This document shows, one piece after another, positions 8,918 through 17,935 of a stretch of DNA of 36,236 nt. Source of the stretch: an uncultured Staphylococcaceae bacterium. Lineage in GTDB: Bacteria > Bacillota_I > Bacilli_A > RFN20 > CAG-826. Below the pieces are notes generated by a model, which saw only the letters and a list, made by a program, of their open reading frames with translations, had not been told where the DNA came from and made no database searches. The stretch's first letter is position 1. Each line of letters opens with the position of its first letter. The stretch covers positions 67,574-103,809 of the forward strand of contig CAYMRJ010000002.1 in assembly GCA_964392865.1 (NCBI GenBank), in the 5' to 3' direction. The position numbers were made by a program, and so were the translations under genes.

Positions 8918-10501
8918 ATGAAAAAGGCAGGCATCGCCCTAATTTCCCTCGGGCTTGTCCTGCCTTTTGCCTTGACTTCCTGCGGTTCGACCGAAAAGGG
9001 AACCGGATACGAAATTCTTTCAGCCGATGCCCCCTATGAAGGGGTGGGCTACGAAATCTTCACCGGCAGCTTCGCGGACGGAGACGGAGACGGGAAAGGG
9101 GATCTAAAAGGGATTACCCAGCACGTCTCTTATCTCAAGGACCTCGGGATCAGGAGGATTTGGCTCACGCCTTTCTATCCGACCGATACGTATCACGGCT
9201 ATGACGTCATCGATTACTGCGACGTCAACGAGGATTACGGGACTTTGGATGACTTCGATGATCTGGTCGAAGCCTGCCATGAGGCCGGCATCGACGTCAT
9301 CATCGATCTCGTCATGAACCATTCTTCGGTTTCCAATCCCTGGTTCTTGCAATCCGCCGAGGATTACCGCGATAACAACACTTCCAGTGATAGCAAGAAG
9401 GATTGGTACGTCTGGAGCGATACCCAGCAAAGCGGCTATAACTACAACCACACGGCCGGGGCCTATTACGAATGCAACTTCGATTCTTCGATGCCGGAAT
9501 TCAACTTCGACTGCGAGGCGGTTAGAAATGCCTTCGCCGAAGTGGCGAGGTTTTGGCTAGAAGACCATGACGTCGATGGCTTCAGGCTCGATGCCGCTTT
9601 GTATTTCTATTATCAGAACGCGACCAAGAACGCCGAGGTCCTCAGTTGGTTCAAGGAAACCTGCGAGGCCATAAACCCCGATGTCTACATCATCGCCGAG
9701 GCCTGGCTTACCAGCAATGCGACCCTTCTCGAATACCAGAAGTCCGGCGTCTCTTGCTTCGACTTCCCGATGTCGGAAATGAACGGGTCGGGTCCGGGCG
9801 CGGTCCTCACGACCCGCTCGAGGCTCAGTTACTATCCAGAGGAAATCGTGAGCAACATGGATTCTCTGAAAGAGAGCGCGCCCGGGACCTATCTTGCCAA
9901 TTTCGTCGGGAACCACGATACCGATCGGACTTCGGGGTATTTCGCTAGCCAAGGAGATCTGCAGCCTTATCTGAAGAAAATGATGGCCAGCATGACAATC
10001 CTTACTCCCGGCACCCCTTGGATCTATTACGGGGAAGAGATCGATATGTGGGGCACTAGGGGCAGCTGGAGCAACGATGTCCCCAGAAGGCTCGCGATGG
10101 TCTGGGGAAACGGGGAAGAGAGGTGCGCCAACCCCGAACGTTACGACGATTCGGCCAACCAGGTCACCGAAGGGGCTTATGACCTGATGGATACCCCGTA
10201 TTCCTTGACCAACCACTACCGGGCTCTCATCGGATTAAGGAATACCTATGCCAGCGTCTTCTCGATGTCGTCTACTTGGGAGAATATGGGGAATAGCCGG
10301 GCCTATCCCGGATTCAAGATCACGGATGCCGATGGAGATGTATATTATCTGATGCACAATACCGGCGAGACGGAAGGCACCGTGACATTGCCCGAAACCG
10401 CAGAAATCGCCGCCGAGATCGAGACTTCCGAGTACGGAAGCACCCTCGACGGAATGAGTATATCGATACCGCCCTACAATAGCGTATTGCTTAAGGCCTA
10501 A
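8918..10501 (+). CDS. GH13 alpha-amylase family lipoprotein (GH13_36-like), 527 aa
   Basis: Lipobox LTSC, SFADGDGDGKGD, YHGYDV, DLVMNH, region V MPEFN and catalytic GFRLDA / IAEAW / GNHD. Confidence 0.9.
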   Translation: MKKAGIALISLGLVLPFALTSCGSTEKGTGYEILSADAPYEGVGYEIFTGSFADGDGDGKGDLKGITQHVSYLKDLGIRRIWLTPFYPTDTYHGYDVIDYCDVNEDYGTLDDFDDLVEACHEAGIDVIIDLVMNHSSVSNPWFLQSAEDYRDNNTSSDSKKDWYVWSDTQQSGYNYNHTAGAYYECNFDSSMPEFNFDCEAVRNAFAEVARFWLEDHDVDGFRLDAALYFYYQNATKNAEVLSWFKETCEAINPDVYIIAEAWLTSNATLLEYQKSGVSCFDFPMSEMNGSGPGAVLTTRSRLSYYPEEIVSNMDSLKESAPGTYLANFVGNHDTDRTSGYFASQGDLQPYLKKMMASMTILTPGTPWIYYGEEIDMWGTRGSWSNDVPRRLAMVWGNGEERCANPERYDDSANQVTEGAYDLMDTPYSLTNHYRALIGLRNTYASVFSMSSTWENMGNSRAYPGFKITDADGDVYYLMHNTGETEGTVTLPETAEIAAEIETSEYGSTLDGMSISIPPYNSVLLKA

Positions 10502-10518
10502 GCGAAAGGAGAAACGCC

Positions 10519-13500
10519 ATGGAAAGAAAAGGGAAACTAGGTCTCTTGCTGGCTCTCGGAGCCATGCTTTTGACCGCCTGCGGAGGCTCTTCCTCCGAGG
10601 ATTCGGGGGACGAGACGGAAACGTCCGCCACCATTACCTCCGACGGCGGGCAGGACGGGGATAGCGTCACCAGCGGCGCCGATGCCGATACCGTCATGGC
10701 CTTCGACGGGATCGTCCGCCTCTATTACCACAATGACGAGAACGACTACTCGACCAAGCGCCTTTGGATCTGGGCGACCGGGATCGATGGGAACAAGCTC
10801 GGCGAAACGATGTTCACCAACCAAAATGACCCGGACGATTACGGCGTCTATTACGATGTCGATCTGCAGGCCGAGCCTTTCGCCGGAACGGAACTGGCGT
10901 CCATCTATTTCATCGTGAAGGAAGCCGGGACTTGGTCTGGCCAAAGCAATGACATCCTCGTGAACTTCGGCTCCTTCGGGGATTACATCACCGAGCGCGA
11001 AGACGGGCGCGAGATGATCGTCGTCTACGGCTGCCAAGGCACCGGCGGGAGCATCGATCTCTATCAGACGAGCACCGAGGCCTTGGGCGATAGGATCAAC
11101 GAAGCCTATTTCACCGATTGGAAGACGATCTATATAGCAGGATCGGGCACCAATGACGGGAGAGATGCCGACGAAATCGGGCAGATCATCAATTGGACGC
11201 TCTACGGCTACGATAGCGAGTACTACCAGCTTAGCGAAGCCGGGAGGACCATCGATCTCAATGACTATCTGATCGATTCGGGGACCGCCAATAGCAATAC
11301 CTTGACCATTTCCTTGGACGAAGAAGCCGATCTAAGCCTCAATTACACCCTCGAAGCCAACTTCCTTCAGGATTCTTCGCGCTATCGGACCAAGTCCGTC
11401 AGCGCCATCAACCTCTACGATACCGATAAATTCGAAGAGGAATATACCTACGATGGCGATGATTTGGGCTTCACCGTCGGGGAAGACGGCTACGGCGTCT
11501 ATAAGCTCTGGGCTCCGACGGCCAGTAGGGTCCAGCTATATCTCTACACGACCGGCGAAACGGCCGAGGTCAACGAAAAAGGCCTCGTCGACTCGACCCT
11601 CCAAAACCACGTCACCCGCGAAATGACCAGGGGGGATGACGGCGTTTGGTATTACACGAGCGATAGCAGTCTCCCGACCAGGCGCTACTACACCTATTAC
11701 GTCACCACGAGCGACGGGAGCCAGGAAGTCATCGATCCCTACGCCAAGGCGGCCGGGATCAACGGCCTCAGGGGCTACGTCATGAACGACTCGACTTGGG
11801 CGGCTACAGACGCCAAGCCCGACGGCTTCGACGAGGCCATCGCCGGGCTTGAAAATGGCGAATACGCCATCAGCGCCCCCAATGAGCTGACCGTCTACGA
11901 AGCCCATATCAGGGATCTGACGATGGACGAGACCTGGACCGGGGAGAGCAGGCCCGGTACTTACGCCGCTTTCAGCGAATCCGGCACGACCTATACCGGG
12001 GAAGTTAACGGGCAGCCTTTGACCGTTACGACCGGCTATGACCATATCGTCGAAACGGGCGTCAATGCAATTCAGCTCTTGCCGGTCTTCGACCACGACA
12101 ATGACGAACGTCCCACGACCGATGAGGAAGGCAATACGGTCATCAACGACGGCTACAACTGGGGCTATAACCCCCAGAACTACAATGTCGTCGAAGGTTC
12201 CTATTCGACCGATCCCTATGATCCGGTCTGCCGCATCTACGAATACAAGGATCTCATCAGGAAGTACGCCGAAAAGGGCATCAGGATCATCATGGACGTG
12301 GTTTATAACCATCTATCGAGCGTCTCCAACAACTGCTTCAACAAGATCGTCCCCGACTACTGGTTCCGCAAGGATAGCGAAGGCAACTACATCGACGGCT
12401 CCGGGACCGGGAACGTCACCGCGAGCGAAAGGACGATGGTCCGCAAGTACATCGTCGACTCGGTCTCCTTCTGGGCCGAGCAATACGGCATCAAGGGCTT
12501 CCGCTTCGACCTCATGGGGTGCCTCGATACCATCACCATGCGGGAAGTCAAGGACGCCCTTTACGACATCGATCCCCAGATCGTCGTCTACGGCGAAGGC
12601 TGGGACGGGGGCTATGGCTCGGGTTCCGGGCTCGTCGAGAGCGAAGGCTGCTATGCCGCGACCACCAGCAACGCCTATAGCATCCTCTACGATACGGGGA
12701 AGGGCGGAATCGGCTGCTTCAATGACGGCGGACGCGACGGTTTGAAGGGCAATACGGCCTGGGAAGGCAGCACTCCCGAATGGGGCTTCGTCACCAAAGG
12801 GAGCGAAGACATCACCGACGACATCATCAACAAGGCGGCCTATCAGTTCCTCGGGGCCAATTACGGGGTCGGACACAATCCGGCCCAGACGGTCAATTAC
12901 GTGGCCTGCCACGATAATTACACCTTGTATGACCAGATGAACTACTGCCTTAGCTATCCGAATATGACGGCCGCTGATAGCGATGACGCCATCGAGGCCA
13001 CCGTCGCCACCAACGCGGCCGTGATGCTTAGCCAAGGCATCGCCTTCCTTAACGGCGGCGACGAGATCTTCCGGCAGAAGATCATCACGCCCGATGATCC
13101 TTACTACGATACGATCAAGAGCCTCCAGGAAAGCGATTCGACCAATACCGACGCCTTCGAGATTTCTGATGGCAATCTGCTAGTCAGGAACTCCTACTGC
13201 TACGGCGACGAATGCAATAGCTTCAAGTGGGATCGGAAGGTCGAGTTCTACGAGGAATACCAGAAGACCGCCGAAGCGATCGAAGTCCGCAACGAACTGA
13301 TGGGCAATGTCTTCGGGATGTCATATGAAGACATCACCCAGAATAACAAGGCCTCGATCTGGGGCGACCTCGGTCCCTGGTCCAATAGCGACAACACCGT
13401 CATCGCCGCCAATTACAATCCCGGCGATACGTACTACGTGATGCTAGGCGGGAGAGCCGATAGCTATAGCAACCTGAGCATTGGCAACGACACCGTGGAA

Positions 13501-13611
13501 GTCATCTACTCTTCGAGCGATTACCATAGGGAAGGCGATACCTTCACCATCTCCAACTACACCCTCGGGATCGGGCGCTTCGAGTGCCTATTGCTAAGGA
13601 AGACATCTTAG
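10519..13611 (+). CDS. Type I pullulanase lipoprotein (GH13) with CBM41-like and CBM48-like modules, 1030 aa
   Basis: Lipobox LTAC, S/T/D linker, VRLYYH..DY...LWIW (CBM41-like), YKLWAPTA (CBM48-like), YNWGYNP pullulanase signature and catalytic GFRFDLMG / YGEGW / YVACHDN. Confidence 0.92.
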   Translation: MERKGKLGLLLALGAMLLTACGGSSSEDSGDETETSATITSDGGQDGDSVTSGADADTVMAFDGIVRLYYHNDENDYSTKRLWIWATGIDGNKLGETMFTNQNDPDDYGVYYDVDLQAEPFAGTELASIYFIVKEAGTWSGQSNDILVNFGSFGDYITEREDGREMIVVYGCQGTGGSIDLYQTSTEALGDRINEAYFTDWKTIYIAGSGTNDGRDADEIGQIINWTLYGYDSEYYQLSEAGRTIDLNDYLIDSGTANSNTLTISLDEEADLSLNYTLEANFLQDSSRYRTKSVSAINLYDTDKFEEEYTYDGDDLGFTVGEDGYGVYKLWAPTASRVQLYLYTTGETAEVNEKGLVDSTLQNHVTREMTRGDDGVWYYTSDSSLPTRRYYTYYVTTSDGSQEVIDPYAKAAGINGLRGYVMNDSTWAATDAKPDGFDEAIAGLENGEYAISAPNELTVYEAHIRDLTMDETWTGESRPGTYAAFSESGTTYTGEVNGQPLTVTTGYDHIVETGVNAIQLLPVFDHDNDERPTTDEEGNTVINDGYNWGYNPQNYNVVEGSYSTDPYDPVCRIYEYKDLIRKYAEKGIRIIMDVVYNHLSSVSNNCFNKIVPDYWFRKDSEGNYIDGSGTGNVTASERTMVRKYIVDSVSFWAEQYGIKGFRFDLMGCLDTITMREVKDALYDIDPQIVVYGEGWDGGYGSGSGLVESEGCYAATTSNAYSILYDTGKGGIGCFNDGGRDGLKGNTAWEGSTPEWGFVTKGSEDITDDIINKAAYQFLGANYGVGHNPAQTVNYVACHDNYTLYDQMNYCLSYPNMTAADSDDAIEATVATNAAVMLSQGIAFLNGGDEIFRQKIITPDDPYYDTIKSLQESDSTNTDAFEISDGNLLVRNSYCYGDECNSFKWDRKVEFYEEYQKTAEAIEVRNELMGNVFGMSYEDITQNNKASIWGDLGPWSNSDNTVIAANYNPGDTYYVMLGGRADSYSNLSIGNDTVEVIYSSSDYHREGDTFTISNYTLGIGRFECLLLRKTS

Positions 13612-13627
13612 GAAATCGGTTTCGGGG

Positions 13628-13655
13628 TTGACACATATTGATATAGTGCTATAAC
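13628..13655 (+). promoter_or_regulatory. Internal sigma-A promoter for the CBM-protein/amylase pair
   Basis: TTGACA (13628-13633), 16-bp spacer, extended TG-c-TATAAC (13650-13655). Confidence 0.8.
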
Positions 13656-13664
13656 AACGGCAAT

Positions 13665-13678
13665 TGAAAGCGCTTACA
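13665..13678. promoter_or_regulatory. Consensus cre / LacI-family operator just downstream of the predicted transcription start
   Basis: TGAAAGCGCTTACA matches the CcpA cre consensus. A second palindrome, GAAATCGGTTTC (13612-13623), lies just upstream of the -35. Confidence 0.75.
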
Positions 13679-13715
13679 GTTAAATAAACGCTGGATATTG
13701 AAAGGAAGGATTATC

Positions 13716-14936
13716 ATGAAAAAGAAAGGATTTCTGCTCTTCGGGGCCTTGGCGGCCCTGGGGATAGCTAGCCTAGGCGGAGCGGCCGCGGCGATCGATG
13801 TCGCGGATGCCGCGCCGGCCGAAGCCTTGACAATAGAAGATAGGGAGACTACCGATGACGAAACGGTCCGTTTCACCATTTCAATTCCGGATAGTTATCG
13901 GAGTTGGTTTTTGGATAACGTTTCGGTCTATGCTTGGACCGGATCTACCACAAACGCCAGTTTCCCCGGCGAGTCCTTCGAGATCCAGGGCGAGGCAGGC
14001 AATTACTATGCCGAAATCGAGTTGGACAACGTCGGATATGAAAAAATCATAGTCAGCAATAGGGGGGACGGTTATACAGGCCAAAGCGGAGATTGGGACT
14101 TGCCTACCCTTGTCACAGTCCCTAGCCCCAATATCTACTACACCCTTACATTCGACGGGTGGAACAGCCCCTCTTGGTCATATACCACCACCAGTCTCCA
14201 GGGCACCGATACCTTCCGTGTCTGGCTGCAGAGGAAAACGGATTACGAGAGCGGATACACTCACACGTTCCATTATTGGTATGGTGATGATATAGATGAA
14301 GAAATTGCTCCGACTGACTATGTCCAGGCCTCCACGGACGGCCGCTGGCTCTGCTACTTCGATGTTCCGGAGGAAGCGATCGGCTGCTCTTTCCAAATCA
14401 AGGTCTACAACGATACCTCTGGCGGAGAATACGCCGCTGCTACTGAATCGAAGACCTATACCAGCGGCGACAATGCGCAGGTTCTCTACTATTACGAAAC
14501 TTCGGCTACCGCTGAATGGGGCACTTGGAATAATGACATCGACAATAATGACGGAATAATCGAGGCCATCCTCGAACCCTACTACACCTGCCTCGATAGC
14601 GCCGATAATGGCTATGGAAATGCTGACCAACTCTACGAAACTTGGCTCGATGGCTTCGACTCCGAAACCTTGATTGACATTTCTTTGGATGACTTTGAGT
14701 ACGAAGCCGACTACGATGCCGGCACGAAGACCGAGAATCTGACCAATGCCTATAACAAGATCATGACCATGATGGCCCTCCAAGAGGAAGCCACCGCCGA
14801 TGCCTCGAGCCTTCTCAGTTTCGCCGGCAGCGATACCGCGGGCCTTATCCTAAGCGCCACCGCCGTCGTCCTCATCCTCGTCATCGGCGCCGGGGCCTTG
14901 GTCCTCATCAAGCGCCATAGAAGGGAAGAGGCCTAA
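13716..14936 (+). CDS. Secreted, C-terminally membrane-anchored putative starch-binding protein (CBM26-like), 406 aa
   Basis: SD AAGGAAGGA and an Ala-rich signal peptide with no lipobox Cys. VSVYAWTG...FPG...KIIVSN...GQSGDWDL resembles CBM26/starch-binding modules. C-terminal hydrophobic helix plus KRHRR tail. No GH13 catalytic motifs. Confidence 0.65.
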   Translation: MKKKGFLLFGALAALGIASLGGAAAAIDVADAAPAEALTIEDRETTDDETVRFTISIPDSYRSWFLDNVSVYAWTGSTTNASFPGESFEIQGEAGNYYAEIELDNVGYEKIIVSNRGDGYTGQSGDWDLPTLVTVPSPNIYYTLTFDGWNSPSWSYTTTSLQGTDTFRVWLQRKTDYESGYTHTFHYWYGDDIDEEIAPTDYVQASTDGRWLCYFDVPEEAIGCSFQIKVYNDTSGGEYAAATESKTYTSGDNAQVLYYYETSATAEWGTWNNDIDNNDGIIEAILEPYYTCLDSADNGYGNADQLYETWLDGFDSETLIDISLDDFEYEADYDAGTKTENLTNAYNKIMTMMALQEEATADASSLLSFAGSDTAGLILSATAVVLILVIGAGALVLIKRHRREEA

Positions 14937-14956
14937 GGCCTAATCTCCATTAATTA

Positions 14957-14990
14957 AAAAAGGGACTGGATTTCCGGCCCCTTTTCTCTT
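14957..14990 (+). terminator. Imperfect intrinsic terminator between the CBM protein and the amylase gene
   Basis: AAAAGGGACTGGA-tt-TCCGGCCCCTTTT followed by CTCTT. Confidence 0.55.
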
Positions 14991-15007
14991 AGAAAGGTAT
15001 CTTGGAT

Positions 15008-17635
15008 ATGAAGAAAAAGAATGCCTTAAGGGCCCTATTGTTCACCGGGCTCGCCTTCCTCGGGGTTACCCTAACCTCCTGCGGAGGCGAGGATACATCG
15101 GAAAGCTCATCCGGCGTTGCCTCTTCCGGCGATTTCTCGACTAGTTCCGTCGATACGGTCCACGACCAAGACGAAGTCGAAGCCTATATGGCCGATTGGG
15201 CCGCCAAGAGCGAAGAAGGGCACTTCTATTACCACTATCTCCGCTACGACGCCTCGGCCGATTCCTATAACGACTGGGACGTCTGGGCCTGGCCTTACCG
15301 TCCGACGGAAGGCCAAGGCACCAAGTTTGACTGGGTCGGACGCACCCAAGACAAGACGACGAATACCTGGGATGCTTCGGGCGATCCCGAGATCGACGAA
15401 TTCGGCTATGCCTACGTCGATATCGATCTGACCAAAGCCGACTATGACGGGGGCTGGAGCAGCTCTAGCAAAGTCATCGGCGGCACGACCGTGAACTTCG
15501 CCGTCAATAGGGGCGAAAAGCAAGAGCAGATCGGCCTTCAGATCGTCAAAAGCGAAACCCGCAATTCCTCGGGCTTCTGGACCAACGACGGGAGCAACCT
15601 CTACGTCTGGGTCGCCGATTACGCTCTCACGGACGAAGAGACCGGGGTTACCTCCTACCACGCCTTCGTGACGCAGGACGACGTCCAAAACGTCAGCGCC
15701 ACTCCGGCGTATGAAGTCACCGATCCCTTCGAAAACGACGACGGGACGAACGAAACCTACAACAATGCTCTCTATAACGATGTCGATTTCGATGAGACCG
15801 CCGATATCGCCGAGACGAGCGAAGAGTTCCTAAAAGGCGGCGATCTCTTGGAGAACGGCGCCGGGGTCGGCTACCAGATCATGGTCTCTAGCTTCGCCGA
15901 TAGCGACGGCGATGGCTTCGGCGATATCTACGGAATCGTCGAGAAGCTCGATTACATCAAAAACCTCGGGGTCGATGTCCTTTGGCTTACGCCGGTCCAA
16001 AGCAGCGATTCCTACCATGGCTACGACATCACCGATTACCTGACGGTCGATAGCAAGTTCGGCTCCGCCGCTTCGCCGGCGGGACTCGCCAATGACGGGA
16101 ACGTCACCAACGAGACGGCCATGGCCGATTACAAGCTTCTCTTGGACGAAGCCCATGAGCGCGGCATGGCCGTCATCATGGACCTCGTCATCAACCATAC
16201 CTCGACCGGCAATCAGTGGTTCATCGATTCGGCCCAATTGGTCGAAACGATGAGGGGCTACTATAGGTGGGCCAATAACGAAACCGGGGAAGATATAACC
16301 ATCGAAAACTGCTGGTATCCCTATGGGGACCACGTCTATAGCTACTACGCCAAGTTCGGCTCTTCGATGCCGGAGCTCAATTTCAGCTATACCGGGACGA
16401 GGGAAGCGGTCGAATCGATCGCCCTGAACTGGCTCGAGATCGGCGTAGATGGATTCCGCATGGACGCCGTCAAGCACATCTACATGAAGGACGAGGTCGC
16501 CTACGATTCTAGCGATACCTACATCCTCGACGAGTCGACGGCCGGCGACTATTCGAGCGACCTCACCAAGAACCTCCATTTCTGGCGGGAACTAAATGCC
16601 GCCATCAAGGCCGAATACCCCGATGCCTTCATCGTCGGCGAGAACTTCGACGGGCATGCCTACCATGTCGCTCCTTATTACGAAGGATTCGATTCGCTCT
16701 TCGATTTCTATAGCTATTACAACCTGACTTCTTTGGCCGCGAGGGCCAGGACCAATTCGGGCGGTTCCTCGGGCGGCGCCTACATCGGCGGGACTTCCTC
16801 CTACTACAGCGCTTCTAGCGACTCCTCGCTTGAAGGAAGCAGTGCTTCCATCAAGTACGGCGGCTACTGGAACCTCCAGGCCGCCATGAGCGCCTATAAC
16901 CAATATAGGGGCGGCAGTGCCATGAATTCGACCGGCGCCGGCGAATATAGCGCCATCACCGGAAGCTTCACGAGCAACCACGATATCGCAAGATCCATGA
17001 ATAGGGTCGCCGCCAGTAGCTTCAGCGGGGACGACATCGTCTCGCAGGGGACCGTTACGACCAGCAACTACGAATCGGTCGATGAACTCGCGACCTGCGT
17101 CCAGATCGCCCAGCTCATGATGCCGGGTCTGACCTGGATCTATTACGGGGATGAGCTGGGGATGACCGGTAACTTCCCCTCGGGGACCGATGCCGATAGC
17201 GACTACGCCGACCTCTGGTACCGCCAGCCGATGAAGTGGGAAGACGAAGACTATGTCACTTCCTATAGCATCAACGGGGCAAGTAGTTCCGTGACCTGGG
17301 ATAGCATCAACGCTTCCGACTTGGTGGCCAGTGCCGAAACCCAGGCCGCCGATAGCAATAGCCATTACAGCGCCCTTGCCGCCTTTGCCAAAGCCAAGAG
17401 CGAAAGCGCCACCTTAATCCGCGGCAATTTCTGCCCGAGCGATTGGAGCAACGACTACGTCCTCAACTTCACCCGCGAGATGGGGAGCGAAATCTACCAC
17501 GTCGTCATCAACTTCAGCAGCAATACCCTGCAGTATGGCGTTAGCGATATCGGTAGCAACGTCATCGCCTCCTATAACGGCGCCGGGAACGGGACTCTTC
17601 CCGCCCATAGCGCCCTCCTCACCAAGCAAGCCTAG
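15008..17635 (+). CDS. GH13 alpha-amylase lipoprotein (GH13_36-like) with N-terminal CBM41-like module, 875 aa
   Basis: Lipobox LTSC, FYYHYLRYD...YNDWDVWAW (pullulanase-associated/CBM41-like), SFADSDGDGFGD, YHGYD, MPELN and catalytic GFRMDAVKH / VGENF / SNHD. Confidence 0.9.
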   Translation: MKKKNALRALLFTGLAFLGVTLTSCGGEDTSESSSGVASSGDFSTSSVDTVHDQDEVEAYMADWAAKSEEGHFYYHYLRYDASADSYNDWDVWAWPYRPTEGQGTKFDWVGRTQDKTTNTWDASGDPEIDEFGYAYVDIDLTKADYDGGWSSSSKVIGGTTVNFAVNRGEKQEQIGLQIVKSETRNSSGFWTNDGSNLYVWVADYALTDEETGVTSYHAFVTQDDVQNVSATPAYEVTDPFENDDGTNETYNNALYNDVDFDETADIAETSEEFLKGGDLLENGAGVGYQIMVSSFADSDGDGFGDIYGIVEKLDYIKNLGVDVLWLTPVQSSDSYHGYDITDYLTVDSKFGSAASPAGLANDGNVTNETAMADYKLLLDEAHERGMAVIMDLVINHTSTGNQWFIDSAQLVETMRGYYRWANNETGEDITIENCWYPYGDHVYSYYAKFGSSMPELNFSYTGTREAVESIALNWLEIGVDGFRMDAVKHIYMKDEVAYDSSDTYILDESTAGDYSSDLTKNLHFWRELNAAIKAEYPDAFIVGENFDGHAYHVAPYYEGFDSLFDFYSYYNLTSLAARARTNSGGSSGGAYIGGTSSYYSASSDSSLEGSSASIKYGGYWNLQAAMSAYNQYRGGSAMNSTGAGEYSAITGSFTSNHDIARSMNRVAASSFSGDDIVSQGTVTTSNYESVDELATCVQIAQLMMPGLTWIYYGDELGMTGNFPSGTDADSDYADLWYRQPMKWEDEDYVTSYSINGASSSVTWDSINASDLVASAETQAADSNSHYSALAAFAKAKSESATLIRGNFCPSDWSNDYVLNFTREMGSEIYHVVINFSSNTLQYGVSDIGSNVIASYNGAGNGTLPAHSALLTKQA

Positions 17636-17646
17636 GGAAAATAGGG

Positions 17647-17678
17647 AAGGGGACGGCCTCCGCCGTCCCTTTTTCTTT
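17647..17678 (+). terminator. Intrinsic terminator ending the starch locus
   Basis: GGGACGGC-ctcc-GCCGTCCC followed by TTTTTCTTT. Confidence 0.88.
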
Positions 17679-17710
17679 GCATTTTGCCTTTCCCGGTGTT
17701 TAATGGGTCT

Positions 17711-17935
17711 ATGGAAAAACGTAAAGAACACCGTCCCTTCTCCATAGGGTCCATCGCCTGCTTCTGGATTTCGATGGCGTGCCTATTGGCCGCCATGCTC
17801 CTAGGCTTCCTCGAATTCGAAGTCGTCTCCTATTGCCTTATCGGCGGAGCCTTCTTCCTTTTCGTCGCTAGCGCCATCTTGGCGATTTCCTGGGACAAGT
17901 TCGAAGACGAAGGCCCGACTAGGCTCCCGCACTGA
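17711..17935 (+). CDS. Small two-TM membrane protein, 74 aa
   Basis: MEKRKEHRPFSIG..., two hydrophobic helices. TGATG overlap with the next ORF. Confidence 0.65.
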   Translation: MEKRKEHRPFSIGSIACFWISMACLLAAMLLGFLEFEVVSYCLIGGAFFLFVASAILAISWDKFEDEGPTRLPH

